Below are positions 34,637 through 46,913 of a stretch of 64,000 nt of DNA, piece by piece. The position numbers and the translations under genes were made by a program. The notes under the pieces are model-generated. The model ran no database searches. It was not told the DNA's origin and was given only the letters and a program-made list of their open reading frames with translations. How positions within the stretch are numbered: the stretch's first letter is position 1; each line of letters begins with the position of its first letter. Where the stretch lies: NCBI GenBank assembly GCA_964106915.2, contig OZ066917.1; one strand, 5' to 3'. Source of the DNA: Podarcis gaigeae (lineage: Eukaryota).

Positions 34637-37600
34637 TATTTCTATGTATTTCCTGTCTTCTATATTTTCAAAATCAATAGTCTTTTCAAGGGACATAAGT
34701 GCTTTACAGCAACAAATATTTTAAGTGTTATTTTAAATCCAGGCTGAAGGTTGGATAGTTAGCTGTGGATGAAAAACAACTAGACAGCTGACCAGCGGGT
34801 TGTTAGGCCTTGTCCAGGGAAGTGGGTTTGGCTTCAGGTTGGTGTTTGCAATTCTCAAGCACTTCGGAAAGATTTTGGGAAACAAAATGCAACTTTGGAG
34901 GCAGGAGTTTGCCTCTTTACCACCATCCCTGACCACTGGTCCTGCTAGCTATGGATGATGGGAGTTGTAGTCCAAAAACAGTTGAAGACCCAAGTTCGGG
35001 AAACCCTGTTCTAGAACAAAGGTGAACTGTTTTGCTTTTGTTAAATTTCATATAGTAAACAGACTGGCTTCGTTAGTTTCAAATGTAGCAATTCTAAAAC
35101 ATTGCCCTGCTTTCTGATGAAATCTGAAAATAAGACAATTACATGATAACAGCATCTTGGAGGAGAGTAAGAAACAGAATGTGCCTGCTGGATCTTCATT
35201 TTTTTATTGAAAGGAGTCAAATGTGCCCCCAGTATTTATGTATGATTGATAATGAATCCACTGCCTCTTATTGTAGTTCATTCTTCCTTCCTCTAAATAT
35301 TTGATCCTTCTCTTAGGGGGAAAGTGAGCTTTAGGTTTCAATGATCTAATTTCAGTGTTTAAGATGTTGTGGGATGGCACTGGGACATATTGATCATGTA
35401 AAAAGAACCCACATGAGTAATTTTCAGGTTATATTTTGATCTAGCAAAAGGAAGGGAAGAAATGTTTCATGTGTCTATACAACTAGAACTGACATGAAGG
35501 CATAGTGCTTATACATCTTTATTCTACAGGAAGAAAGATGCCTGAACATACTATAATACCAGAATCAAAGTAACTGATGAGTAATAGTTCAATAAATTTT
35601 TCAGGTCTAGGGACATTAGCAACCACAGTAATTAACCATTGAATTCTTTTATTTTTGTTTCCCCAGCAGTTGACAGTTTGCATCAGTTATTTCTAGTATA
35701 CCACTATAACTCATAATTGGTAGGTTTGGAGGTCAGATCAGGTAGGTCAGAAAATGTGCAAACTGTATAATTCTTGCAGTTCACACCAAGGCTGATAGCA
35801 AGTTAATTTGTAGTTGGTGTGCATGTGAATTCAGAATCGCTAGGCATAAAGGGTTGCTATCTCTGCTAATGCTCAGATTGATTGTAGTAACCTTTTACTT
35901 GTTAAAGGAAGTGAGAGAATCCCATTTTCAATTCGCAATATATGTGTGCCAAATTATTTTAGTCTTTCAGTAACTATTTGGAATAATATTTCAAAAAAGG
36001 GTCATGAGATATATTTTTTTCTGGTAAAAAATTCACATGTCTCTCTTACATACTTCTTGTTTCAGTGTAATCCTTCCTATGCAAGGTTACATGCTCAGAA
36101 GCAAACTCGGTTGAGTGCAATGGGACTTACTTATGGATAGCTGTGTAAGAAGGATTCCTCCACCACAACACTTGCTGCTCTACCACTTCCTCCTGCCAAC
36201 AGCCGCAGCAACTCTTTTGAGAGCCATCCCAACTGTAAAAAAAAGGAAGAAGGGGAAAAAAACCAGGAACAAACGAAACTAGCCAAGAAGGGAGCATAGT
36301 GATGCATGATGTTGCAGGACGCATGATGATGGCAGAATGTGCACAATATGTTCTGCGATTGCACTTTCCAATACACTTGTGCAAAAATATTATAGGATCT
36401 CTTTGGAAAAGTATATTTGGTCAAGATTACACCAATAGTTTCTATAAACAGCGAGACAGTTACAATTTCTAGTGCACTAAGTTCATCCATCCTTAGTTAT
36501 TTCTCTTAATCTGGGCCCTAATTTTTTTCCTGCTTGTTATACAATTTTTCATTCAAATTGGGGAAAGCTTCATAGTGATTTAGTGTTATTAATATTATGT
36601 GTTGTCCCAAGTTTGAGATCAATCAAAATCCTGTGATAATTGAAAGATTACTCAACCGATCAGGCTTATATCAAGAGCTGATTGTACTAACTTTATATAT
36701 TGCAGTTTATTTCTTTAAGATACTGGTGAAAATGCATACATATTGTTAACTGAAAATGGAAGCAGATGCTTCTTATCTCTTCACAGCCATGTGTGAGACT
36801 CATTCACATAGCGTTAAAATGGGGTTTACTGCTGTATCCAAACACAGCCAGAATGTGTCTCCTCCACAGAATCCATAAACTGCTTTTTGTAGACCTTAAC
36901 CTTTGAAGATTTAGGAAACAAACTTCTGAAAAAGGAAAGCCTTGTCTATTCACAAATGCTGTATTTCAGATTTCCTCTTTTTGGAAAGGCAAGACGTATA
37001 TTATATTTGGGGTTTTGAAGACAATATGAAGCCCTTTATTCCTATTTTCTAAATAATTTCCCCAAGCCCTGCCTTTTGTCGGTCTAACTAATGTGCATTA
37101 TTATTTGAAATGGTTCTAAACTGGTACAGTTTTTTCCACACACCCTGCCATCATTTGTGCTGGAGTTTTCTACTGCAGTGTTTTTTGTTTGTTGGCAGAA
37201 AGGCTACCAAATGGATCAGATTGAAAATGACTTTCATAGAAAGCGAAACTGACAAGAATTAGAGATGATCATTTTGCTGCTATTGGTCGTTCTTTGCCGC
37301 TTTTCCCACAGGCAGACACAGGGCAGCTATTCACTGAGGGGGCGTCTCAAATGTGGTATGGAAGTAAAGAACTGCTACTTGCTATAGTCCGGAAGGAAGT
37401 TAACACAGAAGCGTTCCTTTCTAGCAAGTGACTGAATGGAAGTGGGTAATGAAAAGGCAGAATGATTGTAAAGGGAAATGTAAACATTGTCAAGTATTTA
37501 AGCAACGAAGTAGAAACAATTTCGGTAAATAATATATAGAGAGATGAGCTATTAACTTGAATTCTTTAGCGGCAAATTAGTGCATTCTGGAAACAGAATA

Positions 37601-39055
37601 AAATGGATACTCTTGATAGTACCCTGTAGGTTGGTTTACTTGTGCCTGTCGTTGCATTTCTGAAACATAGCAAGCAGGATGTGGGTGTGTAAAAAACATT
37701 CGCGAGTCTTGTTCAATCAAACTGTAGGCTTAAATACTTGGAAGTTACAGATCGGCATCTGTAACTCTTGTTGGCATGAGCACAAATTGAAGAAATAATT
37801 CTTTTTTACAAATTGCAGAATGATCTGAAATTCTGAGTGGCAGTTCTAGAATTCCAGCGAATTTTAAGGAGAGGGGGTGCTATTTTCCCGCAAAATCAGA
37901 TGAACATTTCATATTGGATAAATGATGTTTTAGAATTTCCTACCAGATTGCCTACCACCTTGATAAGCATCCATTGTTCTTAACTGGTTAATTACTTTGC
38001 ATGGTGGTTTCTGGCTTCAGCATGAGAGTCCTTGTTCTTTCGCCCTTCAGCTCATTCCAGAGGTTTGTGCCTTCAATCAAACGGCAGGCCTAAATACTTG
38101 GGAGTGGGGGATGTAATACACAAAACCTACCAATTGCTTATATTTCATGTCTTTTAAAATATTTAAATAAAAAACCCAGCTATTTCTGTAGTACTAAAAA
38201 TGGCAAAATATTTCTTTAAATTTGCTGTGTAAATGTAATATTATAGTGTGCCAATCTTGGTTCTACATTTTCTTACGAATTTTGGATGTTCAATTTACCT
38301 TGTGTCTAAATGGCCCTCACATTATAGTTAATATCTTCCACAAGGTACTGAAATTAATGAAACACAATTTTAGCTATTAGATTTCCAATTTAGCATTATT
38401 ATGCTGATTTTTAAAATGCACATTTCACACAGTCGATAATTTAATTTGAGACTGTACTTCAGTCCTCACAATCAATATGTGCATTGAGGAAACAAGCAGA
38501 AAGAAAGTTAGAAAAGTATTTTACAGCCTGTTAGTAAGTTTTGCCAAATACAGTACTAAATCCATAGATGGTAAATCTACTGCAGCATTCTCATTCAATC
38601 TCATTTCAATATTTGTATCCCAATTTTTCTTCATTTTTGGTTGAAACGAAGCATCTCATACATGTTAAGTGATTTTGAGTGTAGAAATAGATAATCCAAA
38701 GTGGATTCATTTGGTCAGACTGTGTGGATATTATATTATCGTTGTGTTTCGTAACTGCAGTTCTAAAAGCGCACAAGATCCCCCAACTTTTGAGGATCAG
38801 ATTTGTAATCATTTATATTTATCATAGTTTGGGTATACACTCCATTCAGTTATGCCCAGTGTTGTGGTGCAGATCTTTTGAATGGGAATTATTTTACTAT
38901 GGTAAAATTCTGCACACTTATTCCGTGAGGCTAAGAATATTGTTGTGAATGAAAATATTGACTCACTTGTTTGTTGCCTCATAGCAAAATCAGTCATGCT
39001 TATTTGGCCAACTTAGTTGTTTTTCTTATGGTTTGTGCCTGTACCTCTGCATATA

Positions 39056-39264
39056 CAGCAGTAGCTCATTTTTCAAACGTCTCCGCTTACGAACGTTTCG
39101 GTTTTCGAATTCCATAAACCCGGAAGTAAATGCTTTGGTTTTTTAACACACCTCGGAAGGTGAACAGGAAATGTGGCTTCTGTTTTGGATTTTGGGTTTT
39201 CGGACTTTTTGTAACTCGAACGGTCTTCTGGAACGGATTATTTTCAAAAACGGAGGTACTGCTG
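39056..39264 (+). mobile_element. Tc1/mariner-type MITE, family B
   Basis: TA|CAGCAGTAGCTC...GAGGTACTGCTG|TA. Confidence 0.75.
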
Positions 39265-39523
39265 TAGATATTTTCTAAACCCATAGGAGTACTTTGGATC
39301 TAGGAGGTATATGTATTGTATACTCTTTATTCTCCACATGTTTAAGCAGTAGTTTTCAAGCTTTAGTTCTAAGATTCCTAGGAAACAAGGGATTCTGCAA
39401 TTAGCAGATAAAATTCTAATAGAGCTAAGTTGACTACTGGTACCAGTTTACCTCAACAATGTCTCACCAAAAGATTTCTTGGCTGTTTCTGCACTGTGCA
39501 GTCAATTAACTTGGGATGGTAGG

Positions 39524-39910
39524 TGTTACGGACTGAAGTTCTCACCCTGGGCCAGCAGGGGGATACTGTAGATAGTTTTCACTCAGGTCCACATATGCAA
39601 ATAAGGGATTGAAAGTGACGTTCAGTGATTGGATAGTTACAGAAAGTGTTACAGTTGCGTTGTAGTGGAGCTCTATATAAGCAGGCTGGCTGAACCCTTC
39701 AGTTCAGTTCTGTTCTGGCCTGTGAATAAACAAAAGCTGTGTCGTCTGATATGTTCACCTACAACTTAACACTGGCGACGAGGATGGGATACGAATCCAC
39801 ACATGCACACCCCAGAATCCTCTGCAACCTACAAGGTTTTCATGGCAGTTGCTTATCCAGCAGACAAATCACAATGGGAAGGGTTCCCAGAAGACAGAAA
39901 ATGACTGCCT
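39524..39910 (+). mobile_element. Truncated LTR retrotransposon (Gypsy-like): 5' LTR 39524-39771, tRNA-Ser PBS from 39773, short internal remnant
   Basis: TGTTA...TAACA termini, TATATAA at 39674, AATAAA at 39725, followed after 1 nt by TGGCGACGAGGATGGGAT. No 3' LTR was seen in the window. Confidence 0.85.
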
Positions 39911-42099
39911 TAAAGGATTCAGTGACATTTAGTTTACCTCAGGAGCTGATGTCGATAGGTAAATACATATACTAATTATGGAGCATTATTTAAGCAGTTC
40001 TCCTTTATATTAGAAAAAATCTGTTTATCTATAATAAATTTTTGGATTAACACATTATTATATCAGATCATGACTAGGGTTGTGAATAGAGTGAAGCATG
40101 TCCCAAGATTCTTATTTTTAAAATGTTGACTATGCGCTTTATTTTTCTGCCAAGGCCTTCCCAAATTAGTCTATTTTATTTCTGCAGCTTTTAATTCTCG
40201 TTGGCTTCATGTTTCTAACATGTACTTTGTGGCTGTACTATGTTTCACATTCTTTTCTTTTTACACCACTTGAGTATTTTTTAATGTAGAATATGGATAT
40301 ATAAGCCACATTTAAAACCATATTTCTACTAAATATGCCCTCAGCTGAGATTTGTTTTTGTTACAAACAAGTAGCTAAGCTGTTGTTAAACTTGAGAATT
40401 TGGTTATTTTAATCTCTTACACACTTTGGGGGCTTTGATTAATTCAGTTTTTGTTGGATTTTACATTTCCACTGTGCTGCTGCCTTAACTGAGCTTATAG
40501 ATGCCAAGGAGTGGAACTTGATAATCAGTGTGCTAGGAGGTTTAATTGAGTTTCCAGCTACGATGCCTCTGAAGTGTGCTAGAGTTAAATGAAGGAAGAA
40601 CTTCTTTTATAAATATATGGAGAAATGCTTGCTTATGCGGAGGTGAGTTAAGGTGAATTCTTTTACATCATTTAACATTGCAATCTTATGCAAGTAGCAC
40701 CAGGGTCTGGGGGCAGTTTTGGCTTTTTTCATTTTAAAATAAATGCAACCATGTTTTTAATTTGTCTAGCACACTCTTTAGAATAACCACTTTAACATAA
40801 ATTATAAAGCACTGCACACTGGCTGCATTCTATATTAATACAAGGATAAGTGTGAAAACAGGGAAGAATCGTGTCTTGGTTATTAAATATTTAATGACGT
40901 GTTTGGGAGTACTGCCCCAATTATCAAAAGATGACTAAATGGAAATGGATCCCCTAAAGGGACAGAAAAGGCATGATGAACTCTAGGTAATGCCCCTGAA
41001 AGTGTATAGTTGAAAGCAATCCCCCAAAGTTTAGAGGATTAAAATAAAAATCCCCAGAGTCAGAACTACTCAGAACAATTAAAAACTCTGTGCCTGTTTT
41101 TATAAACACACCTGTCAAATAAAAGAAATGTAGTGATCAGAAATACAACTTGCTTCTCTAAAACCAGCAGCTGTGAAGTTCGTTTTGTTGAACTGAACAC
41201 TCAGAAAATTGGAAACTTTACAAGGTTTTGCTTTTGAGAAATCCCCTTTTTGGAGGAAATACCCTTTCTTTCCTGTGCCGTCTCAGTTACTACTGTAGCT
41301 GATAAAAGCACATACCTGTATACAAAGTAGAGTGTGTGTGTATGTACACACAAACACACACAGTATATAAACACTTTAAATTTTATAGAAGGCAATTGTG
41401 AATCTCTCACTCTTATTATTGTAATGTGGAATGAGTACCTGTGGGTCACGCCTACGGTGAGATCCATGCCTTGTAGGGATACAGATATTCTCATAGGTGA
41501 GATGCCACACGTTGCAGTGGAAATGGGGAAAATCAGCAATATAACTTCTTATCTCAGTTCTGTGTAATTTAAGAACAGACCTTCAAGTTGCAGTTTCAAA
41601 TACCAGCTACCGTTTTCAAATTTGGAGTGTGCTGGGGAAAAGAAAAAACTGCAGTGGCAATACCTACGGCTTAGTTGGGTTTCTTTAACAGCCTGGTGCC
41701 TCTCCAGGCAGTAGCCAAGGGCAGACAGCTCTCTTAGTGTTGTATCCACTGCTGGCCCCACTCATGGCAAATCCATTGAAGTCAGTTAACATGGCAAACT
41801 TTGGTGCATTACTATCACTGAGTTTACTCTTGAGTAGAACTGCAGTTCTTAGCAGGCAGAAGGAATGTCACAGCAAGTGGCTCAACATGGCCCAAGACAA
41901 TGTCGCCAAAGCAGAGTGTTCTGATGAGTAAAATCTCATAGGGTGGGAGATGGGGTAAAAAATAATGGCAGATAAAGAGGGAAGGACAATAGACGATAGA
42001 GAGCAAAATAGCAGCGTGGATGAGATCAGCCTGTTAGCCAGGTATCATTGGAGAAACAGAAAACTGATTACGTAGGCTTGCTTCAGTCTTGTGCTATAA

Positions 42100-42235
42100 C
42101 AGGCTTCCTCAAACTTGGCCCTCCAGGTGTTTTTAGCCTACAACTCCCATGATCCCTAGCTAGCAGGACCAGTGGTCGGGGATGATGGGAATTGTAGTCT
42201 CAAAACATCTGGAGGGCCAAGTTTGAGGAAGCCTG
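42100..42235. mobile_element. Palindromic hAT MITE (same family as 17354)
   Basis: TIRs CAGGCTTCCTCAAACTTGGCCCTCCAG / CTGGAGGGCCAAGTTTGAGGAAGCCTG; TSD tgctataa / tgctgtaa. Confidence 0.9.
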
Positions 42236-43767
42236 TGCTGTAAGGTGACAAGCCTATAAGGGTCTGGGGACCAAAAGTCACAGGGCTTCCCCATATGTTC
42301 ATTTTATAGTGCATGAATGAAGATATGTGCTCATGATGGTATCTGGGCAGTTATATGTGATCCCACTTTTGATAGTGTTTGTGCCTGCAGAATTTTCAAG
42401 GCAGACATGCTGCTTCCTTTCAAATCTATGCAAGTTCTGTAGCTTGAGGCTGAAATCCCATAACTTTTCATACCATAAATCTTCTTGGTTTTATTTCCCC
42501 CTGCTTTTGTTGTGCTGTAGCGCAAGAGTGCCCCTCCGGATGATAGTAATGTTCTAAAACGGGGGGGGGGGGGACACACACAGAACAACTAATAAAGCAG
42601 AATTATGTGTGGATGGTTCAGTATAAAAATACATTATTACTGCATTAAGGTCATGTTGCAAAATACAGCTGCAAAAAAATAATAATCATCTCCATTCTGG
42701 AGGGGCCCATACTCTCCTTTCTCTGAGGCCTCCTTGGTATTCCTGTACTCCTAGAAAGAAGGAAAATTGCTAGAGGGCTGGCATGAATTTAAATAGCTAG
42801 AGCGCTGGCAGGAAGTCTTTATTGTAAACAGCCATGCAATATGCGGGGAAGTATATAAATGTCTTTAATAAATAAAAATAAGCCGTGACCATTTTTAGTA
42901 GAAGCCCTGTATTCACAGCAGGGCTGAGCATTCACTGTAACAGTCATAGGTGAATCATTGCACCATAAGACAACTCAACAAGTATGCAACATCTGCTGTA
43001 ATATGTGATTTATGTGATTTAACTTTAAGGATTTGCTATGTGAATGCATTGCTTGCTTTGCTTTAATCACATAGCCACGGACAGAGAAAATTGGTATGGT
43101 AATATCTGCTCTGCAGTTGGAATTAGTTTGCCATAGCTGTCCCTTGGAACTCTAGAATCCTAGGTTCTAGAAGGAGGCTGGGGATCTCCAATGGAATTCT
43201 TATCACCCTCACAAAACTATAGTTTCAAGATTCCCTGGAGGAAGTTATGGCAGTTAAACTGGCTTTTGTTTGTGGTTCAGATGCAGCTTTATGATACCTC
43301 CAGCTCGTCTTTCAGACTTGGGTGTCCCATAATGTATGTTCTTGGATGTCTTCAGAGTCTGCCCATTTCCTTTAGTATCTTTCTGCCTTTGTAGAAACAG
43401 ATATATCCATGTAAATCTTCATAAAGAAATTTTCCTGCAACGATGCTTTTTCCAGAGAATCAATCTTTCTTTTGCCTTGTCCTGCCACGTTCCTCCCAGT
43501 GCTCTCATTTAACACCAAAGACCAAATGGTGTGTATTCCTGATTAGTGTTCAGCTCTGTGGAGTGCTTCAGTCATCAAGCTGAAGTGGGTCTGAACCTTA
43601 ATTATTCCTTAATTATGCCTCTAGAGGAAGGTTTCTAGCCATCTATGCTGAGAGGGTGAGCAAATGCAGCAGCCTTATTTTAACTGTAGATAACACATCC
43701 CTTCAACACAGAGATTGAGACATAATCCCAGATCATGATTTATGATGCGCTTAGTTAATATTTTTAA

Positions 43768-44131
43768 GGGACGCGGGTGGCGCTGTGGTCTAAACCACTG
43801 AGCCTCTTGGGCTTGCCCATCAGAAGGCCATGGGGTGAGCTCCCGTTTCTCTGTCCCAGCTCCTGCCAATCTAGCAGTTTGAAAGCACACCAGTGCAAGT
43901 AGATAAATAGGTACCACTGCTGCAGGACGGTAAACAGTGTTTATGTGTGCATTGGTTTCCATCACAGTGTCCTGTTGTGGCAGAAGCGGTTTTCATGCTG
44001 GCCACTTGACCCGGAAAGCTGTCTGTGGACAAATGCCCGCTCCCTTGGCCTGAAGCAAGATGAGCACCACAACCCCAAGTCACCTTTGACTGGACTTAAC
44101 TATCCAGGGGTCCTTTATCTTTTTTTACCTT
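43768..44131 (+). mobile_element. Sauria SINE (B-box region deleted)
   Basis: GGGACGCGGGTGGCGCTGTGG head, conserved core and CCTTTA-type tail. Confidence 0.85.
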
Positions 44132-44252
44132 CTGTTAATACTTAGTTATTTATTAAATTTATATCCTGCCTTTCCACCCAAACGAGACTACGGATTAAGT
44201 TCTTAACCTGAGGTACCACTGTATATATAAAAAGGTTTACCTTTTTCAGATA

Positions 44253-44478
44253 CAGTGGCACCTCAGGTTAAGTACTTAATTCGTTCCGGAGGTCTGTTCT
44301 TAACCTGAAACTGTTCTTAACCTGAAGCACCTCTTTAGCTAATGGGGCCTCCTGCTGCCGCCATGCCGCTGGAGCACAATTTCTGTTCTCATCCTGAAGC
44401 AAAGTTCTTAACCTGAAGCACTATTTCTGGGTTAGCGGAGTCTGTAACCTGAAGCGTATGTAACCTGAGGTACCACTG
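44253..44478 (+). mobile_element. Tc1/mariner-type MITE, family A; a terminal fragment of another copy lies at about 44191-44223
   Basis: TA|CAGTGGCACCTCAGGTTA...TAACCTGAGGTACCACTG|TA. Confidence 0.88.
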
Positions 44479-45707
44479 TAGTATAAAACTTAAAAAGAGA
44501 TCATTCAGAGCCATTTAAATGCTACCCGTGTGTGTGTGTGTGAGAGAGAGAGAGAGGTTTTTGTGGAAATTTACTCAATGCCTTGTTAGTTAAAGTTGCA
44601 GAATTGGAGCTGAATCTTTTTAACGTATATGTGTTTGTCTCTGCCCCCCCCCCCCCGAATCCTCATAATGGTTTGACATTGGAAACGCAAAGGAACTTTT
44701 GAATAAAATCAAAATGGGATTTCAAATGGTCAGGATTAATGCACTACATTAAAAGATCATGCAGCAGCCATGTGGAAAAAGGTTCTGTAAATAACTCATC
44801 TCATTAACAACATTTTACAGTAGGAATTACATTTTGAATTATTGTACTGCTGAAACTATTATTTCAATACTGTGAGTTGGTTGTATGCCACATTAAGAGG
44901 TGCAGTCTGTTTTTATTTTTTTTCTCCCTGACATTTAGGTATGGTTAGGAATGCTTTATGAAACATAATTTTGAGGGACTCTGTAAATAGTCTGAAAGTG
45001 ACCATTTACAGGAGCGGGTGTGGATCAATTCAGTCCTTTGGATGGGGGGAGGGTGACCTCAGAACCTCATGTACTAACACAAAAAGTATAATCAATATTT
45101 AGAAAGAAATGTAAGCTGCTTGCTTTGTGGTGTTTGTTCTGCCTCTGCTATTTTGGGCTGCTGGTTGCCAAGTCTATATTTAGAATCTTTTCACAGTGTA
45201 TGGTAGTTTACTACAGCATATGAATGGCTGCCCTGCTGAATATAGGTCATAATTTAAATAATCAAGGGTAAGATTTAAGAGTTGGGGGAAATGATAGGAT
45301 TTCTGCCACCTCCACCATATTAAGAAAAAGTGGTGTGAATGGATGGGGAAGAGAGGCGTTATAGTTCAGCCAGCCACTATCAGATGGAAGATGGCGAGCA
45401 AGGAGATCTGGATGGAAGACCTGGCATTTTTTGTGTATAGGAAGAGAGCGGAGGCTATCCTAGATCAAGATGATAGTCTTATAGTAGTGTGGATGTTTAT
45501 TCTTATTATTTGTGTATTTATTTATACCCTTCCTTTTTCTCTGATGGGACTTGTAGCAGCTTACAACAAAAACAAGAACCATTAAAAGCAGAAAAGCCAA
45601 TCATTAAAATACAATTATGCATTGGGAGCATTAAAATGATATAAAATCTGTTTAAAACATACCAACAAGTACCAAAAAAAAGACCAAAGGATGGCACCTG
45701 TCCTATA

Positions 45708-45924
45708 GAGTGGTACCTCTGGTTACGAACTTAATTTGTTCCAGAGGTCCCTTCTTAACCTGAAACCGTTCTTAACCTGAGGTACCACTTTAGCTAATGG
45801 GGCCTCCCGCTGCCTCCACGCAATTTCTGTTCTCATCCTGAGGTAAAGTTCTTAACCTGAGGTACTACTTCCAGGTTAGTGGAGTCTGTACTACCCGAGG
45901 TGTTTTTAACCCAAGGTACCACTG
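45708..45924 (+). mobile_element. Tc1/mariner-type MITE, family A
   Basis: TA|GAGTGGTACCTC...AAGGTACCACTG|TA. Confidence 0.85.
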
Positions 45925-46864
45925 TAATTGAAAACAGACAATCCCCCAAAGCCTGCTGGAAGAAGAAAGCCTTCACCCGCCACTTGTTGTAATTCTATAT
46001 TGAATACCTTTTACTGCCTGAAACCAATGGCATAGGCAGAGGGGGAAAGTGTTGTCAAAGATTAATGCCACATCCTTGTTTCTTCCAAACCACTCTGGTA
46101 TAACTAGTCAGCACTCACAAGCAAGATTAGGTTCAGCAGATACAACTGAGGTTGGATTCTGTTTTTGTACTGATTTCATTGCACCCAGGCAGGTAGATGC
46201 AGGTATCCATAGGCAGGAGAACTAAGCTGGGTTTAGATTTGTGAACACCTTTCCTGCTGGTATCCTATGACATGTATTGATCAGCTAAGCAAGTCTGCCT
46301 GGATGGAAGATATAAGCACAGGGACAAAGAGTAGAATGTTTTTTAAGTTGCATAGTAATGACCTTTGTGATTGCCCCTGTTCATGTGGTGGCATTGCTTT
46401 TGCCATTATGGCCTTGTGGGGTGGTGAACCCATCATGAAGCAGGCCGCATGCTGCTACTATAACATCTAAAGGGCACTCCAGTAGTTACGATAATTTGTA
46501 TACAGAAGTTATAAACACTAAACTTTCTTCAGTGTTTGACTTTCCTGCTGAAGATTGAATGCTCAGTTATACTTAAATGCCCTGAATCCTATTAATCTAG
46601 TCACAGGTTGACTTTGCTTGATACACATCTTTAACCAGCATATTGAGGTTCAGTGGATCACTCAGTACTACTTGTTTATTACAATAAGTAGCTTGTGATC
46701 TGACACTATATGCTGGAAAGCTCCCTTTGGAAAATCCTTCTTTTTTTTGGGTACAATTCCTCCAGGCAGCATTAATTTGTGTATGGTTTTGTGTGTGTTT
46801 TCACGGCATGTGATGGATTTAACCAACTATATCTTTTCTCTCCTCTCTTCTAGGATGCGTCAGG

Positions 46865-46913
46865 ATGAAACGCCACAGGCATCTAAGCAGCAGTGACAGT
46901 TCAGACAATGAAA
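46865..46913 (+). CDS. JADE3: JADE3 exon 2, coding part (exon begins at 46854)
   Basis: Pyrimidine tract then tag|GATGCGTCAGGATG; [16 protein letters not shown]; donor AAA|GTAAGT. Confidence 0.9.

Noticed and set aside
37285-37362. Strong acceptor (ttttcccacag|) as a possible extra JADE3 5' UTR exon
   Set aside because: Only weak donors follow, so it cannot be supported without transcript data.
39550-39566. CTCF-like CCAGCAGGGGGATA in the LTR
   Set aside because: The 3' end departs from the consensus (GGCGC/GGCAG); too weak to call.
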